Positions 29,210 through 39,137 are shown, numbered from the stretch's first letter. The stretch: DNA of 64,000 nt from an uncultured Candidatus Saccharibacteria bacterium (GCA_964550955.1 CAZKAF010000001.1:238728-302727); one strand, 5' to 3'. The notes: generated by a model from the sequence alone, not told the origin. A program made the numbers and translations.

Positions 29210-31078
29210 CTAGCTGAGAACCGCCTTGATTCTCCTGACGCCCTGAGACACCGCTTCTTCTTTCTGAATCTTAAACGCGCCGAGTTCCGAGGTGTTCTTG
29301 ACGTGAGGGCCTCCGCAGAATTCTTTCGAGAACGCGTTCTCGATGTTGGTTCCCTTTTCATCGGCCAGCTCGCCGACATAATAAACGGTGACCATGTCGC
29401 CGTATTTTTCTCCGAAGAAATGCAAAGCGCCGGTTTTTTCAGCTTCGGCGAGCGGCAAGCTGACAACGGCGACGGGCAGGCTTGCCTGAATTTTCTCATT
29501 TACAAGGTCTTCGACCCGCTTTTTCTCGTCCTCGGTCATCTTTCCCGCATGCGCAAAATCGAATCTGAGCCTTTCGGGGTTGATGTTGCTGCCCTTCTGC
29601 TGGACATGCTCTCCCAGCACCTCACGCAAGGCCTGATGCAGCAAGTGCGTCGCCGTATGATACTTGACCGACATTTCGCTCGTGTCTCCGAGCCCTCCCT
29701 TGAATTTCTGTTCCGAACCCGCGCGGGAAAGCGACTTATGCTCTTCGAACAGCTTCTCATACCCTTCGGCATCGGTTTCAAAGCCTTGTTCCCGCGCGAT
29801 TTCCTTGACCATTTCAAACGGAAAGCCGTACGTGGTGACGAGCTTGAACGCCAAATCGGCCGAAACGGCTGTTGCGCCGTCAGCTCGGAGCTTGGCAATG
29901 CTCTTATTAAATTCTTTCAGTCCGCCAGACAGCGTATTCCTGAACTTCTTTTCTTCCGTGTCGATTGCAACTTTTATGGTCTCGCGCATGCGCCCGACAT
30001 TTTCGTATACGTCTTTGTACTGATCGATGATGACGTCTGCAATCCAAAAGAGCGAGCCGGGCTTCATTCCAAGCTCGTCCGCATGTCGAACGGCCCTTCT
30101 GAGCAGCCTTCGAAGGATGTATCCCTGGTCCGAGTTGGAAGGAGAAACGCCGTCAGCGATGAGCATCACCGAGGTCCGAACATGATCGGCGATGATACGC
30201 TTTGACTTGAGGTCGACTTCTTTCAGCCTGCCTGATCCGCCGGACAGTTCGTCAATTTTTGTAAAAGTAGATTCGAAAATATCCGTGCTGAAAATGTCCT
30301 TCTTTCCCTGGAGCACCATTGCCACTCGCTCGAAGCCGGAACCCGTGTCCACGTTTCTTGAATCCAGCTTGCCGATGACCTTGCCGTCCTTGCTGACGTA
30401 TTCCATGAACACGTCATTCCATATCTCGACAACCTGCTGCTTGTCGTCTGCTTCAAGATACTGCTCCTTAGTAAGGCCTTCGGCGAATTCGCCCGTCACG
30501 TCGTAGAACATCTCCGTATCAGGACCGCACGGGCCGTTGTCGCCGGGACTCCACCAGTTGTTCTCGGCCGGCATGAAGTATATCCGCTCGCCGGTCACGT
30601 TGTTCTTGGCAAAGATTCCCTTCCAGATTTCCGCAGACTCATCGTCCCGCGGCGCGTTTTCGTCGCCCTCAAAACATGTGACATAGAGCCGCTGAGGATC
30701 GAGGCCGAATCCCTCTTCCCTGTCCGTAAGGAGCTCGTAGCTCCACTCGATGGCTTCCTTCTTGAAGTAGTCGCCGAGAGACCAGTTGCCCATCATTTCA
30801 AAGAAGGTCGCATGCGTATTGTCGCCGATATCGTCGATGTCTACCGTCCGGACGCATTTTTGGAAATTTGCCAGGCGCGTCCCGAGCGGATGCGTTTCGC
30901 CGAGAAGGTACGGGACGAGAGGCTGCATGCCGGCCGTATTGAAAAGCACCGAAGGGTCGTTTTCAGGAACAAGCGGAGCACTCGGAAGGATGGCATGGCC
31001 CCGCTTTTCGAAAAAAGATAAAAACCGTCGTCTTATTTCAGATGAAGGCATGCGCGAGGGTGTTATTTCTGGTTCCAT
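29210..31078 (-). CDS. alaS: alanyl-tRNA synthetase, short form lacking C-terminal C-Ala domain
   Basis: Class II catalytic core (FNTAGMQP), the editing-domain HxxxH (HTATHLLHQALR), and CGGPHV. Only 622 aa; the ORF ends straight after the editing domain. Confidence 0.88.
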   Translation of the reverse strand: MEPEITPSRMPSSEIRRRFLSFFEKRGHAILPSAPLVPENDPSVLFNTAGMQPLVPYLLGETHPLGTRLANFQKCVRTVDIDDIGDNTHATFFEMMGNWSLGDYFKKEAIEWSYELLTDREEGFGLDPQRLYVTCFEGDENAPRDDESAEIWKGIFAKNNVTGERIYFMPAENNWWSPGDNGPCGPDTEMFYDVTGEFAEGLTKEQYLEADDKQQVVEIWNDVFMEYVSKDGKVIGKLDSRNVDTGSGFERVAMVLQGKKDIFSTDIFESTFTKIDELSGGSGRLKEVDLKSKRIIADHVRTSVMLIADGVSPSNSDQGYILRRLLRRAVRHADELGMKPGSLFWIADVIIDQYKDVYENVGRMRETIKVAIDTEEKKFRNTLSGGLKEFNKSIAKLRADGATAVSADLAFKLVTTYGFPFEMVKEIAREQGFETDAEGYEKLFEEHKSLSRAGSEQKFKGGLGDTSEMSVKYHTATHLLHQALREVLGEHVQQKGSNINPERLRFDFAHAGKMTEDEKKRVEDLVNEKIQASLPVAVVSLPLAEAEKTGALHFFGEKYGDMVTVYYVGELADEKGTNIENAFSKEFCGGPHVKNTSELGAFKIQKEEAVSQGVRRIKAVLS

Positions 31079-32031
31079 GGTGAAATGGATTCTAGCATAT
31101 TTAAGGTCGTTTCCAAACCATCCTTCAATGACGCTTTTGCCTCAAAACCGAGCATTTCTGTCGCCTTGCTGACATCGGCCAAGCTCGCTTCTATGTCTCC
31201 GGGACGCTTTTCTGCATATGCGGGCTTCATGTCAATTTGCTTTATTTCGCAAAGAACATTCCACAGCTCATCGAGCGTGGTCGGCTTGCCGGTCGCGATA
31301 TTGAAAACCTGAAATGAGCCGGCATTCTCCGTGCCCGCATCAGCCTCGGCCGCAAGCCGAATGGCCCGAGCGACATCCTTCACGTACACGAAATCACGGG
31401 AGATGCTTCCAGAACCGTTTATGCTCGGAGCGACGCCAGCAAGCGCTTTCTTGATGAATACCGGTATGACTGATGCGTATCCTCCCTCGGCTTTCTGGCG
31501 CGGACCATACACGTTGAAGAACCTCAGGAACACCGTCTTGAGTCCGTAGAGATCCGAGTAGAGCTTTCCATACTGCTCATTGATGCTCTTGTGCAGCCCG
31601 TACGGAGAAAGGCATTCGTGCGGGAAGCTTTCCGGAGTAGGGACAGGAGCATGAGAACCGTATACGGCAGCAGATGAAGCCGAGACAAACTTCTTCGCGC
31701 CTTTCGCCTTTGACGCGACGAGCAGCGCGTGCGTGCCGTCCACGTTTATGCGATGAGCCGTTTCCGGATCCTCGATGCTTTCCGGCACCGATATCTGCGC
31801 CGCGAGGTTGACGACGACCGTGTCGGAATCAACAAGCGATTCGACCAGGGCAGAATCGCAGATGTCGCCCTCGACGAACCGGATCCTGTCCATGACGTGC
31901 CGGATGTTCGAGACGTCGCCGGTTCGAAGAGCGTCGAGTACCGTCACCTCGTAGCCGTTTTCCAGAAACTCATCGACTGCATGTGAGCCGATGAATCCCG
32001 CGCCTCCGGTGATAAGTGCTTTCTTCTTCAT
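31063..32031 (-). CDS. NAD-dependent epimerase/dehydratase (UDP-sugar 4-epimerase-like SDR)
   Basis: ITGGAGFIGSH Rossmann motif and YxxxK-type extended SDR pattern. Confidence 0.85.
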   Translation of the reverse strand: MKKKALITGGAGFIGSHAVDEFLENGYEVTVLDALRTGDVSNIRHVMDRIRFVEGDICDSALVESLVDSDTVVVNLAAQISVPESIEDPETAHRINVDGTHALLVASKAKGAKKFVSASSAAVYGSHAPVPTPESFPHECLSPYGLHKSINEQYGKLYSDLYGLKTVFLRFFNVYGPRQKAEGGYASVIPVFIKKALAGVAPSINGSGSISRDFVYVKDVARAIRLAAEADAGTENAGSFQVFNIATGKPTTLDELWNVLCEIKQIDMKPAYAEKRPGDIEASLADVSKATEMLGFEAKASLKDGLETTLNMLESISPWNQK

Positions 32032-32037
32032 GGAACG

Positions 32038-33876
32038 TTAGATCATCTTGTTCTTTTTCATCAATTTCTCAAGCTTCTCGATGTCATTCTGAATGCTGTC
32101 CAGTCCCGCCTTGTAGAAAGCAGGATTTGTCACGTCAACGCCGATGCTCTTGAAAATGTCCTCAGGCGACATGCTTTGCCCGGCTTTCATGAACTGATCG
32201 ACTTTCTTGAAATATTCCTTGTCTTCTTTGCATTTTTGGAAAAGCGAGCGGCTTATGAGCGCCCCGTATGCGTATGAATACACATAGAAAAACCTGCGGA
32301 TATGACCCCATGCTTCAAAGAAATATTTGTCAGAATCGGACATCTTGACGGCAGGTCCAAGATATTTGGACATGTTCTTGTTGTGCAGCTCGCCTATCTC
32401 CTCAGCGGTAAGGGAGCCTTTTTCCCTGATAGCATTATGCAGGTCCAGCTCAAAATTGAAGCAGGAAACCTGCCTTTGGATCGTCTGAACATAATCTGCG
32501 ATCCTGTCATACAAGGCCACTATTTTTTCCCTGTCAGAAAGCGTCTCGAACATTTCCTCAAAAGCGAGGTTTTCAAAGAAAGTGCTGGCCACTTCGGCAA
32601 CTGATATCGTGTAATGCTCATAAAGCGGCGGCTGCCCCTTTGAAAGCTCGGAATGTATCGCGTGACCCATTTCATGGGCGAGCGTCATGACGTCGTCAGA
32701 GCTGTTATTGTAATTCAGCATGACGATGGTGGGAACGCCTTCTCCGCCCCAGCAATACGCGCCTCCCTGCTTGCCCTTTTTCGGATAGACGTCTATTCGC
32801 CCGTTCTTGAGCATCGTATCGAATATGTCCACATAGTGCTGCCCGGCCTTGCCGAATGAAGTCCTGATTACCGACACCGCCTCATCAAAGGAAACCTTCC
32901 TGGCATTTTTGCCTATCCCGACCGCCCTATCGGCATATCTCAGGGTTTTTTCACCCAAGGCTTTGGCCTTAAGCTTGAAGAATTTATGAGAAATGGAAAA
33001 ATTCTCAGTTACCGTCTTTACGAGCAGCTCGATGTTCGCCACGTCGTTCTGATACCCGAGTATTGATTCCGAGTATGGCTTGTCATATCCCCTTAATTTG
33101 TCATTTATCTTCTTGTTCGTATAAATGGCGTTTATTTCAGCTTCCGCAAAAGGACTGATGCCTTTCAGGACTTTCATGCATTCATCATGAAGAGCCCGCC
33201 GATCCCTTGTCGGCAGCTGGTGAATCAGGGTCATGGCCTTGGCCAAAGGCATCGTCTCTTTCTTGAAAGTCACGACCTGATTCGAGCACAGTTTGCTGAA
33301 GCCGTCGACCCACATGGAGTGCGCGGGCGTCGACTTCAGATTCATTACCTGTTCGACATTCTCAGGCAAATCATATTTCGCGTTGTCGAAAATAAGCTTG
33401 AGAAAGTACCTGAAATCGGACAGCTTCGAGCTCGCAAGAAACTTCTTCTGCGTCTCGGCAGGAATGGACGCGAGCTTGAGCGAAAAGAAAAGGGTCTTGT
33501 TGCCAGCCTCGATCAGTCTCGGCGAGAGCTTGTTGATGCCGGCGTTTACGTGCTTGTTCTGGCTGTCAATTGACTGGAGATTCTGCAAATACCAAACCGG
33601 CCCGCATACGCCGACTTTCTTGGTCAAGGTCTCCCAATCTTTAATGGCCGAGTGCAATTTCGTTTCATCGGAAAGATACGACTCATCCTTTGAGTATTTC
33701 TTGGCGAACGCATCGTATAATTTTTCAATATCAACGATGTCTCGCTCAAGCTTGGGATCGGTCGGCCCCTTATACAAGTCCCTGAAATCCCATTCCACTT
33801 TATAAGCCGTTTTTTTGGCAGCGGCCTTTCCAGCACGCCCGGTTTTGCTGTTTTTCATATTCCCAAATACTAGCAC
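32038..33876 (-). CDS. pepF: oligoendopeptidase F (M3 family metallopeptidase)
   Basis: HEMGHAIH zinc motif, about 610 aa, M3B-like. Confidence 0.88.
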   Translation of the reverse strand: MLVFGNMKNSKTGRAGKAAAKKTAYKVEWDFRDLYKGPTDPKLERDIVDIEKLYDAFAKKYSKDESYLSDETKLHSAIKDWETLTKKVGVCGPVWYLQNLQSIDSQNKHVNAGINKLSPRLIEAGNKTLFFSLKLASIPAETQKKFLASSKLSDFRYFLKLIFDNAKYDLPENVEQVMNLKSTPAHSMWVDGFSKLCSNQVVTFKKETMPLAKAMTLIHQLPTRDRRALHDECMKVLKGISPFAEAEINAIYTNKKINDKLRGYDKPYSESILGYQNDVANIELLVKTVTENFSISHKFFKLKAKALGEKTLRYADRAVGIGKNARKVSFDEAVSVIRTSFGKAGQHYVDIFDTMLKNGRIDVYPKKGKQGGAYCWGGEGVPTIVMLNYNNSSDDVMTLAHEMGHAIHSELSKGQPPLYEHYTISVAEVASTFFENLAFEEMFETLSDREKIVALYDRIADYVQTIQRQVSCFNFELDLHNAIREKGSLTAEEIGELHNKNMSKYLGPAVKMSDSDKYFFEAWGHIRRFFYVYSYAYGALISRSLFQKCKEDKEYFKKVDQFMKAGQSMSPEDIFKSIGVDVTNPAFYKAGLDSIQNDIEKLEKLMKKNKMI

Positions 33877-33969
33877 AAGAAGCCGCCGCGGGCGATGCGA
33901 GGGTGCAAAAAATGGCGGCGGATGAGAAACGTGAGAAATACGCGATGTACATGCAATACGCGCAATTTC

Positions 33970-34755
33970 CTAAGCCTTTTTCTTCGCTCCGAACTTTGCA
34001 ACATGCTTCTTGAAAGCTTCGCCCGCATCGGTTCGGTACCTGCAGTGCTCGCAGTCAGGATTTTCCTTCGGAATGGCATCGCCGTCGAGGCACGTCTTGA
34101 TTCGAAGGAGAACGCCGTCGATCCAGTCCGCCTTGCCGTCATACGGGATGAGGTTCACGTCGAACTCAAGCTTGCCGTCAAAGGCTTTCGGGTCTTTTCG
34201 CCCGTTTACATATACGAAGTATCCCGTATCGGAAACCTTGAGTTCATTGTGACGAAGAAGCCATTGATACACTTCCATCTGCCGTCGATACTGATCGTGC
34301 CATCTCGTATCCTCAAGCTCGGTCACCGCATTGTCCTTGCTCGTCGCCTTGTAATCCACCACGTATACCGTGCTATTTTCATCAACCCAGATATCGTCCA
34401 CTGCCCCGAAAATTAGAAAGTTAGTTTCCTCGTGAAGCGACTGCACGCCGACGAAGTTTTCCCGCCAGTCGGGAAGCTTCGGATGCTGAAACGGAACGAG
34501 CTTCAGGCCATATGCTTCGAGCAAAGGATGCGTAGTCTTGCCGGAGCGATGAATGTCGAACTCCTTTTTGAGCAAATGGTCCACCGCGTTATTGAGCGTA
34601 AAGGGCGCCATGCTCGGCCGCCCTACCCCGAGCCTTCGGTCAAGATAAAAGCAGCGAGGACATTCCAAAAACATGTCTATCTTCGAGCGGCTCAGCTTGA
34701 AGGCATCTTTCTGTCCAGGCTCGTAAATTTTCTTCTTATAAGGTGTCCATGCCAT
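33970..34755 (-). CDS. Cas4/RecB-like PD-(D/E)XK nuclease with Cys cluster (putative Fe-S)
   Basis: N-terminal CPRC, a VVDYK core (D...E/D-x-K pattern), and C-terminal C...CEHC. Has the DUF83/Cas4-like Cys arrangement. Confidence 0.7.
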   Translation of the reverse strand: MAWTPYKKKIYEPGQKDAFKLSRSKIDMFLECPRCFYLDRRLGVGRPSMAPFTLNNAVDHLLKKEFDIHRSGKTTHPLLEAYGLKLVPFQHPKLPDWRENFVGVQSLHEETNFLIFGAVDDIWVDENSTVYVVDYKATSKDNAVTELEDTRWHDQYRRQMEVYQWLLRHNELKVSDTGYFVYVNGRKDPKAFDGKLEFDVNLIPYDGKADWIDGVLLRIKTCLDGDAIPKENPDCEHCRYRTDAGEAFKKHVAKFGAKKKA

Positions 34756-34826
34756 ATTTTTTTGATATTTTTAGCGCATTAATATTAAAATTTCCATCCG
34801 TCGCGCGCAACGGAATTACCGGTCAA

Positions 34827-35714
34827 TTATCTGTCAGCCGGAACGAGATTTATGACGTTGCTGATTTCCTCCATTACCTCCATGATCTTGCCGTCGGAAA
34901 ACCCCAGCTTCTTCAGTATCGACCGGTTGCTGTACACGGACTTGCAAAGCACGATTCCGTTCTTGACCAGCAGATGCTTCTCGTTCTGGGTCAGGCTGAG
35001 CAGGCACGTTATGGGATGAAGCTTCGCGCCCTCGATCATCGAGAAGAGATTCTTCTCTTCAGGATACGACCAGCTCATGAGCTTCAGGCCCTTGCACTCG
35101 GCATACTTGATAGCCGTATCCGTGAAGCGGGTGTTCGTGATGAGGAGCCATTCGTCTATCTTCCGGTCCTTCATGCCCTCATACCTGAATACGACGTCCC
35201 TCAGGTCATCGTAGCGCGCCTTCACGTAAAGCGCCGCCTTGGTATCGGTCTTGCCCGCAAGCTCGTTGTGATACTTGAGTTCCGCCATGATAAGCTCGTT
35301 TTCCTTCCAGGCCACGACGTCGACTTCATGCGGAACGCAGCCGCCGAATACCATCTGGCCGGTCAGCGACTTGTATCCGTATGCCTTGTAAAGCTCGCTC
35401 ACGTATTCTTCGAACGGGAACCCTGTCGGGCCGAACTGCATGATCGACCTTCGGAGCGAGTAGCGCGCCGCTGCCGTCGCCGACAGATTGGTCAGCATCT
35501 CATACGCCTTCTTGTGTATCGCGTGCACCGAGCAGACGCCGCCTTTCGGATTATCAGGATCGCAAACGCCCCGCTCTATCTCCTCGACGATAGTCTTGAT
35601 GATTTTCGAGGCAATCTGAAGCGATGCGCCCGACCTGAGAAGCGACCTTTCAAGCTTTGCCGGCACGAATTCTTCCAAAGAACCGTCTTCCTTGATAATC
35701 TGGATGGGCGTCAT
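34827..35714 (-). CDS. ATP-cone domain fused to Mrr-like (PD-(D/E)XK) restriction endonuclease domain
   Basis: N-terminus MTPIQIIKEDGSLEEFVPAKLERSL is the ATP-cone consensus. The C-terminal half has HEVDVVAW...ELIMAELKY (D-(D/E)xK). The longer ORF starts at 35744, but Met11 (35714) abuts the mnmA stop. Confidence 0.7.
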   Translation of the reverse strand: MTPIQIIKEDGSLEEFVPAKLERSLLRSGASLQIASKIIKTIVEEIERGVCDPDNPKGGVCSVHAIHKKAYEMLTNLSATAAARYSLRRSIMQFGPTGFPFEEYVSELYKAYGYKSLTGQMVFGGCVPHEVDVVAWKENELIMAELKYHNELAGKTDTKAALYVKARYDDLRDVVFRYEGMKDRKIDEWLLITNTRFTDTAIKYAECKGLKLMSWSYPEEKNLFSMIEGAKLHPITCLLSLTQNEKHLLVKNGIVLCKSVYSNRSILKKLGFSDGKIMEVMEEISNVINLVPADR

Positions 35715-35716
35715 GT

Positions 35717-36895
35717 CTATTCCAGTATACCACCTCCTATGCACACCTCGTCAATGTAGAAAACTGCCGATTGGCCCGGCGCGATGGCCGATTGAGGCTC
35801 GGCAAACGCGAGGACTGCGGTGCCTGCATTCAGGTCAATGCCCGTCACGACGCATTTCTGCTTTGCCTGCCGATATCTGACGCGAACGCCGCATGCTATT
35901 TCAGCTCCTCCGTCCGCCTTGTTATCAAATTCCCCCACTTTCTTTCGAACGGCCTCGGAAAATAGGCATCTGGTCAGATTGGCCGTCGCGTGCCGCATGG
36001 CGGCTGAATCTTTCCGGTACTCGGATTCCGGCAGCACGGTAATGGTATTTTTCTCAAGATCCTTCTTTACCACGTAGTGTGGCTCGCGAGCCGCGGTGTC
36101 GGTGAAAATTGAGAATCCGTGCCGCTCGCCGTGCGTATACAGCGCCGCGCCGTCATGCTCGCCGATTATCGTGCCGTTCGCGTCCAGCACGTTTCCTTTC
36201 CTCGTCTCAATATGCTCCTTCAAGAATGACTTCATGTCCAAATGCCCGATGAAGCAGACCCCTTGGCTGTCCTTCTTGTCAAAAACCGGCAAGCTGAATT
36301 TTTTGGCCAAATCCCTCACCTCGCTTTTCTGCAAATGCCCGATCGGAAAAAGCACGCGCTTCAGATCATCGGAAGCGAGCGTCCAGAGAAAATAGCTCTG
36401 ATCCTTGCTGGCATCGGCGCCCTCTTTCAAGAACCATGACTGCGTCTCGGAATCGAATTCATTTCGGGCATAATGGCCTGTCGCGACATAATCCGCGCCC
36501 CTTGCCTTCGCCTCGTCCAGGAACGAGCCGAATTTCACGTGCCTGTTGCACATGACATCCGGGTTCGGAGTCCGGCCCAGCCGGTATTCCTCGATCATGT
36601 AATCGACGACTTCCTTCTTGTATCGCTCGCTGAAATCAAGCGTCAGGAAAGGAATGTCCAGAACCGCGCAGACGCGCATGGCATCGCGCCTCTCGTCCTT
36701 CCATCCGCAGTCGGTCGAATCCGGCTGCCAGACTTTTATGAAAACGCCCGTCACGTCGCATCCCTGCTCCTTGAGCAATGCGGCCGAAACGGAAGAGTCC
36801 ACGCCGCCCGACATGCCGACATAGACCTTCTTTCGAGGCGCGGCCGAAACGGGCTTATCTGAGATATTTGTCCCTGAGCTTGAGATGTTCTGCAT
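35717..36895 (-). CDS. mnmA: tRNA-specific 2-thiouridylase MnmA
   Basis: PP-loop SGGVDSSV and catalytic Cys pattern, about 390 aa. Confidence 0.9.
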   Translation of the reverse strand: MQNISSSGTNISDKPVSAAPRKKVYVGMSGGVDSSVSAALLKEQGCDVTGVFIKVWQPDSTDCGWKDERRDAMRVCAVLDIPFLTLDFSERYKKEVVDYMIEEYRLGRTPNPDVMCNRHVKFGSFLDEAKARGADYVATGHYARNEFDSETQSWFLKEGADASKDQSYFLWTLASDDLKRVLFPIGHLQKSEVRDLAKKFSLPVFDKKDSQGVCFIGHLDMKSFLKEHIETRKGNVLDANGTIIGEHDGAALYTHGERHGFSIFTDTAAREPHYVVKKDLEKNTITVLPESEYRKDSAAMRHATANLTRCLFSEAVRKKVGEFDNKADGGAEIACGVRVRYRQAKQKCVVTGIDLNAGTAVLAFAEPQSAIAPGQSAVFYIDEVCIGGGILE

Positions 36896-37838
36896 ATGTT
36901 CTTGAGAAATGAGTTATACCATCTTTGTCGGAAAGATAAAACACGTACGGGTTCGGAGTCGGATTCAGGGCGGCCAGGATGCTTCGGATGCCGGGATTTC
37001 CGATGGCAGTCGGAGGCAGGCCCTTTCTGGTGTACGTATTGTAAAGATGATCGGTCCTGAGGTCGGTCAAGGTAAGCTCGGCGGAACCGCGGCCGGTCAC
37101 GTACATGAGCGTGGCGTCAACCTGCAGCGGCATGCCCATCCGCATGCGGCGAAGCAGGAGGTCCGCGACCATGCTCATGTCCTCGGAAGTCTGAACTTCG
37201 CGCTCGAGGATGGAAGCCAGTATGATTATCTCATCGAGAGTTCTTCCCGACCGCTCGACTGCTTCCAGATGCGGCCGCATCTGGTTGTCGAACTGAAGGC
37301 TCATGGCCCTCACAATCTCCTCGGCCGTGACTATCGGCGAGAAGAAATACGTCTCGGGAAACAGGTACCCTTCCTTTTCCCGCGCAAGCTGAAGCAGCGT
37401 CGAAGTTGAAACGTGCGGGAATCTCTGCTCTGCGGCGGAAGCTATTCTCTTGCTGTCAGCGCCCTCAGCGACCGTGAACCTCACGGGAGTGTAGCCGAAA
37501 TCCCCCGCGACGATTCGCTTTGCCACGGCAAAAGCGGGCTGCGGCTCGGCAAACTCGTAGTAGCCGGCCTTGACCTTGTTCTCGCCGCCGAGGAAAAGTA
37601 TGAGCGACTGCACGACGCTTGCCGACTTCACCACGCCGCTTTCCTTGAGCTGCCGGGATACGCCTTTGACATTTTGGCCCTTTTCTATGATGACCGCCGT
37701 CGGCTTCTCCGCGAAGTTCGCCTGCGACGGCGATCCGAGAACCGAATTGACCAAAAGCCAGCCAAGGCTGAAGAAGCCCGCGAACAGAAGGACGGTCGCC
37801 AGGATTGCATATTTTTTATTGAAACGAAATGACGGCAT
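36855..37838 (-). CDS. mltG: endolytic murein transglycosylase MltG (YceG-like)
   Basis: N-terminal TM, then a YceG domain with ...YNTYTRKGLPPTAIGNPG.... Confidence 0.85.
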   Translation of the reverse strand: MPSFRFNKKYAILATVLLFAGFFSLGWLLVNSVLGSPSQANFAEKPTAVIIEKGQNVKGVSRQLKESGVVKSASVVQSLILFLGGENKVKAGYYEFAEPQPAFAVAKRIVAGDFGYTPVRFTVAEGADSKRIASAAEQRFPHVSTSTLLQLAREKEGYLFPETYFFSPIVTAEEIVRAMSLQFDNQMRPHLEAVERSGRTLDEIIILASILEREVQTSEDMSMVADLLLRRMRMGMPLQVDATLMYVTGRGSAELTLTDLRTDHLYNTYTRKGLPPTAIGNPGIRSILAALNPTPNPYVFYLSDKDGITHFSRTYAEHLKLRDKYLR

Positions 37839-37886
37839 GTGGTTGAATGAATGAGTATGAAGCCTGAAAGCGGCAGGAACGCGGCC

Positions 37887-39137
37887 TTATATGGGAAGAT
37901 TGGACGGCGGCTCGACCTTCTTGGCGACGACGCGCGAAAGCGTAGGGGTTCTTGAAACGTCTCCAGGAAAATGATAGATGGTCGCCAGCTCTTCCGTATT
38001 CATGACGAATGTTTTCCCGGCATATCCCACCGGTATGAATTCATTATAAAAGAAAGCCCTGTTCTTGTATCTGCTGAACAGCTTTTTCTTCTGGCCGAGA
38101 GCCTTTTTGCCGCTCCGGTCCTGCCACGGATATTTCGATCCGGGCGCATTCTCGGTCTTGAAGCCGTTCAGGTTCTGCGAGCCGAACTGCCTGAAGGCGC
38201 CGCTGATGGCAGCCTGCGTCGTGCTTCTGAAGGCGTTTTCCTTGGCGACGTACATGGCCCTGATGCCGCAGTCAAACGGAATCTTCGAGATGCTTCGCTC
38301 GATTGCCTCGACGGCATCCTTCTCGCCCTTCGTAAGCGACATGAGCGCCGGATTGATTGGCTTCTCCTTGTCTATCTTGACGTCGCGCTTCGTCCGCTTC
38401 TTGATGTCCTCGTTCGCATCGAACTTCCAATCGACCATGTCGAACCATGTGCCGGGCTTGACCTTGTCCTTGCCGTGAGCCCGTATGCAAATCTGAATCC
38501 AGGCCTGCTCGCCCTTTCGGAGCGATCCGAGAAATTCGAGGACGGGAGTGATGGGATCGACCTTGTACTCTTCTTTCTGATCATCGGCCAAGCCGTAGTC
38601 CGTATACGTCTTTATGGGCAAATGAGAAGGCCCTGACTTGATGAATTCGCAGCCCCAATACTGGTAGTTCTCGGGATCGAACGGGATTGATTTTGCATAG
38701 TCCTTGTCCGTAACGTCGAGAATCTCGATGTCCGGGAATTGAGAATACAGCTGAGTCTCGATCATGTCCTTGAACTTTTCCTTGGACCAGATGAAGAACC
38801 GGACCGAGCCGTCGATGGAAACTATTTCCAGCGAGAACCACGAGCGGACCGAGCCGTCCCAATATTTTCCGATGACGTCCCCTTCGCCTCCCGGCTGAAA
38901 GAGCGACGTGATGAATATTTCCATGGCCAAGGGAGACTTCGTGATTCCCTTCGGAATCTTGAGCTCGAGGGTCACGTATTTCTGCTTGGCGAAGAAGATT
39001 GACCTGACGTATTTTACCCAGCTTTCCCAAAAGACCTGCGCGAGGTAAATCGGCACGGCGATGATGGCAATGAAATAGACAAGCTTGAGCGCAAGAAGTA
39101 TCAAACCGTTCAATTCACCTTGTGAAGACGCGTCCAT
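37887..39137 (-). CDS. hypothetical membrane-anchored protein
   Basis: 416 aa with an N-terminal TM (LILLALKLVYFIAIIAVPIYL); no recognisable motif. Confidence 0.45.
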   Translation of the reverse strand: MDASSQGELNGLILLALKLVYFIAIIAVPIYLAQVFWESWVKYVRSIFFAKQKYVTLELKIPKGITKSPLAMEIFITSLFQPGGEGDVIGKYWDGSVRSWFSLEIVSIDGSVRFFIWSKEKFKDMIETQLYSQFPDIEILDVTDKDYAKSIPFDPENYQYWGCEFIKSGPSHLPIKTYTDYGLADDQKEEYKVDPITPVLEFLGSLRKGEQAWIQICIRAHGKDKVKPGTWFDMVDWKFDANEDIKKRTKRDVKIDKEKPINPALMSLTKGEKDAVEAIERSISKIPFDCGIRAMYVAKENAFRSTTQAAISGAFRQFGSQNLNGFKTENAPGSKYPWQDRSGKKALGQKKKLFSRYKNRAFFYNEFIPVGYAGKTFVMNTEELATIYHFPGDVSRTPTLSRVVAKKVEPPSNLPI

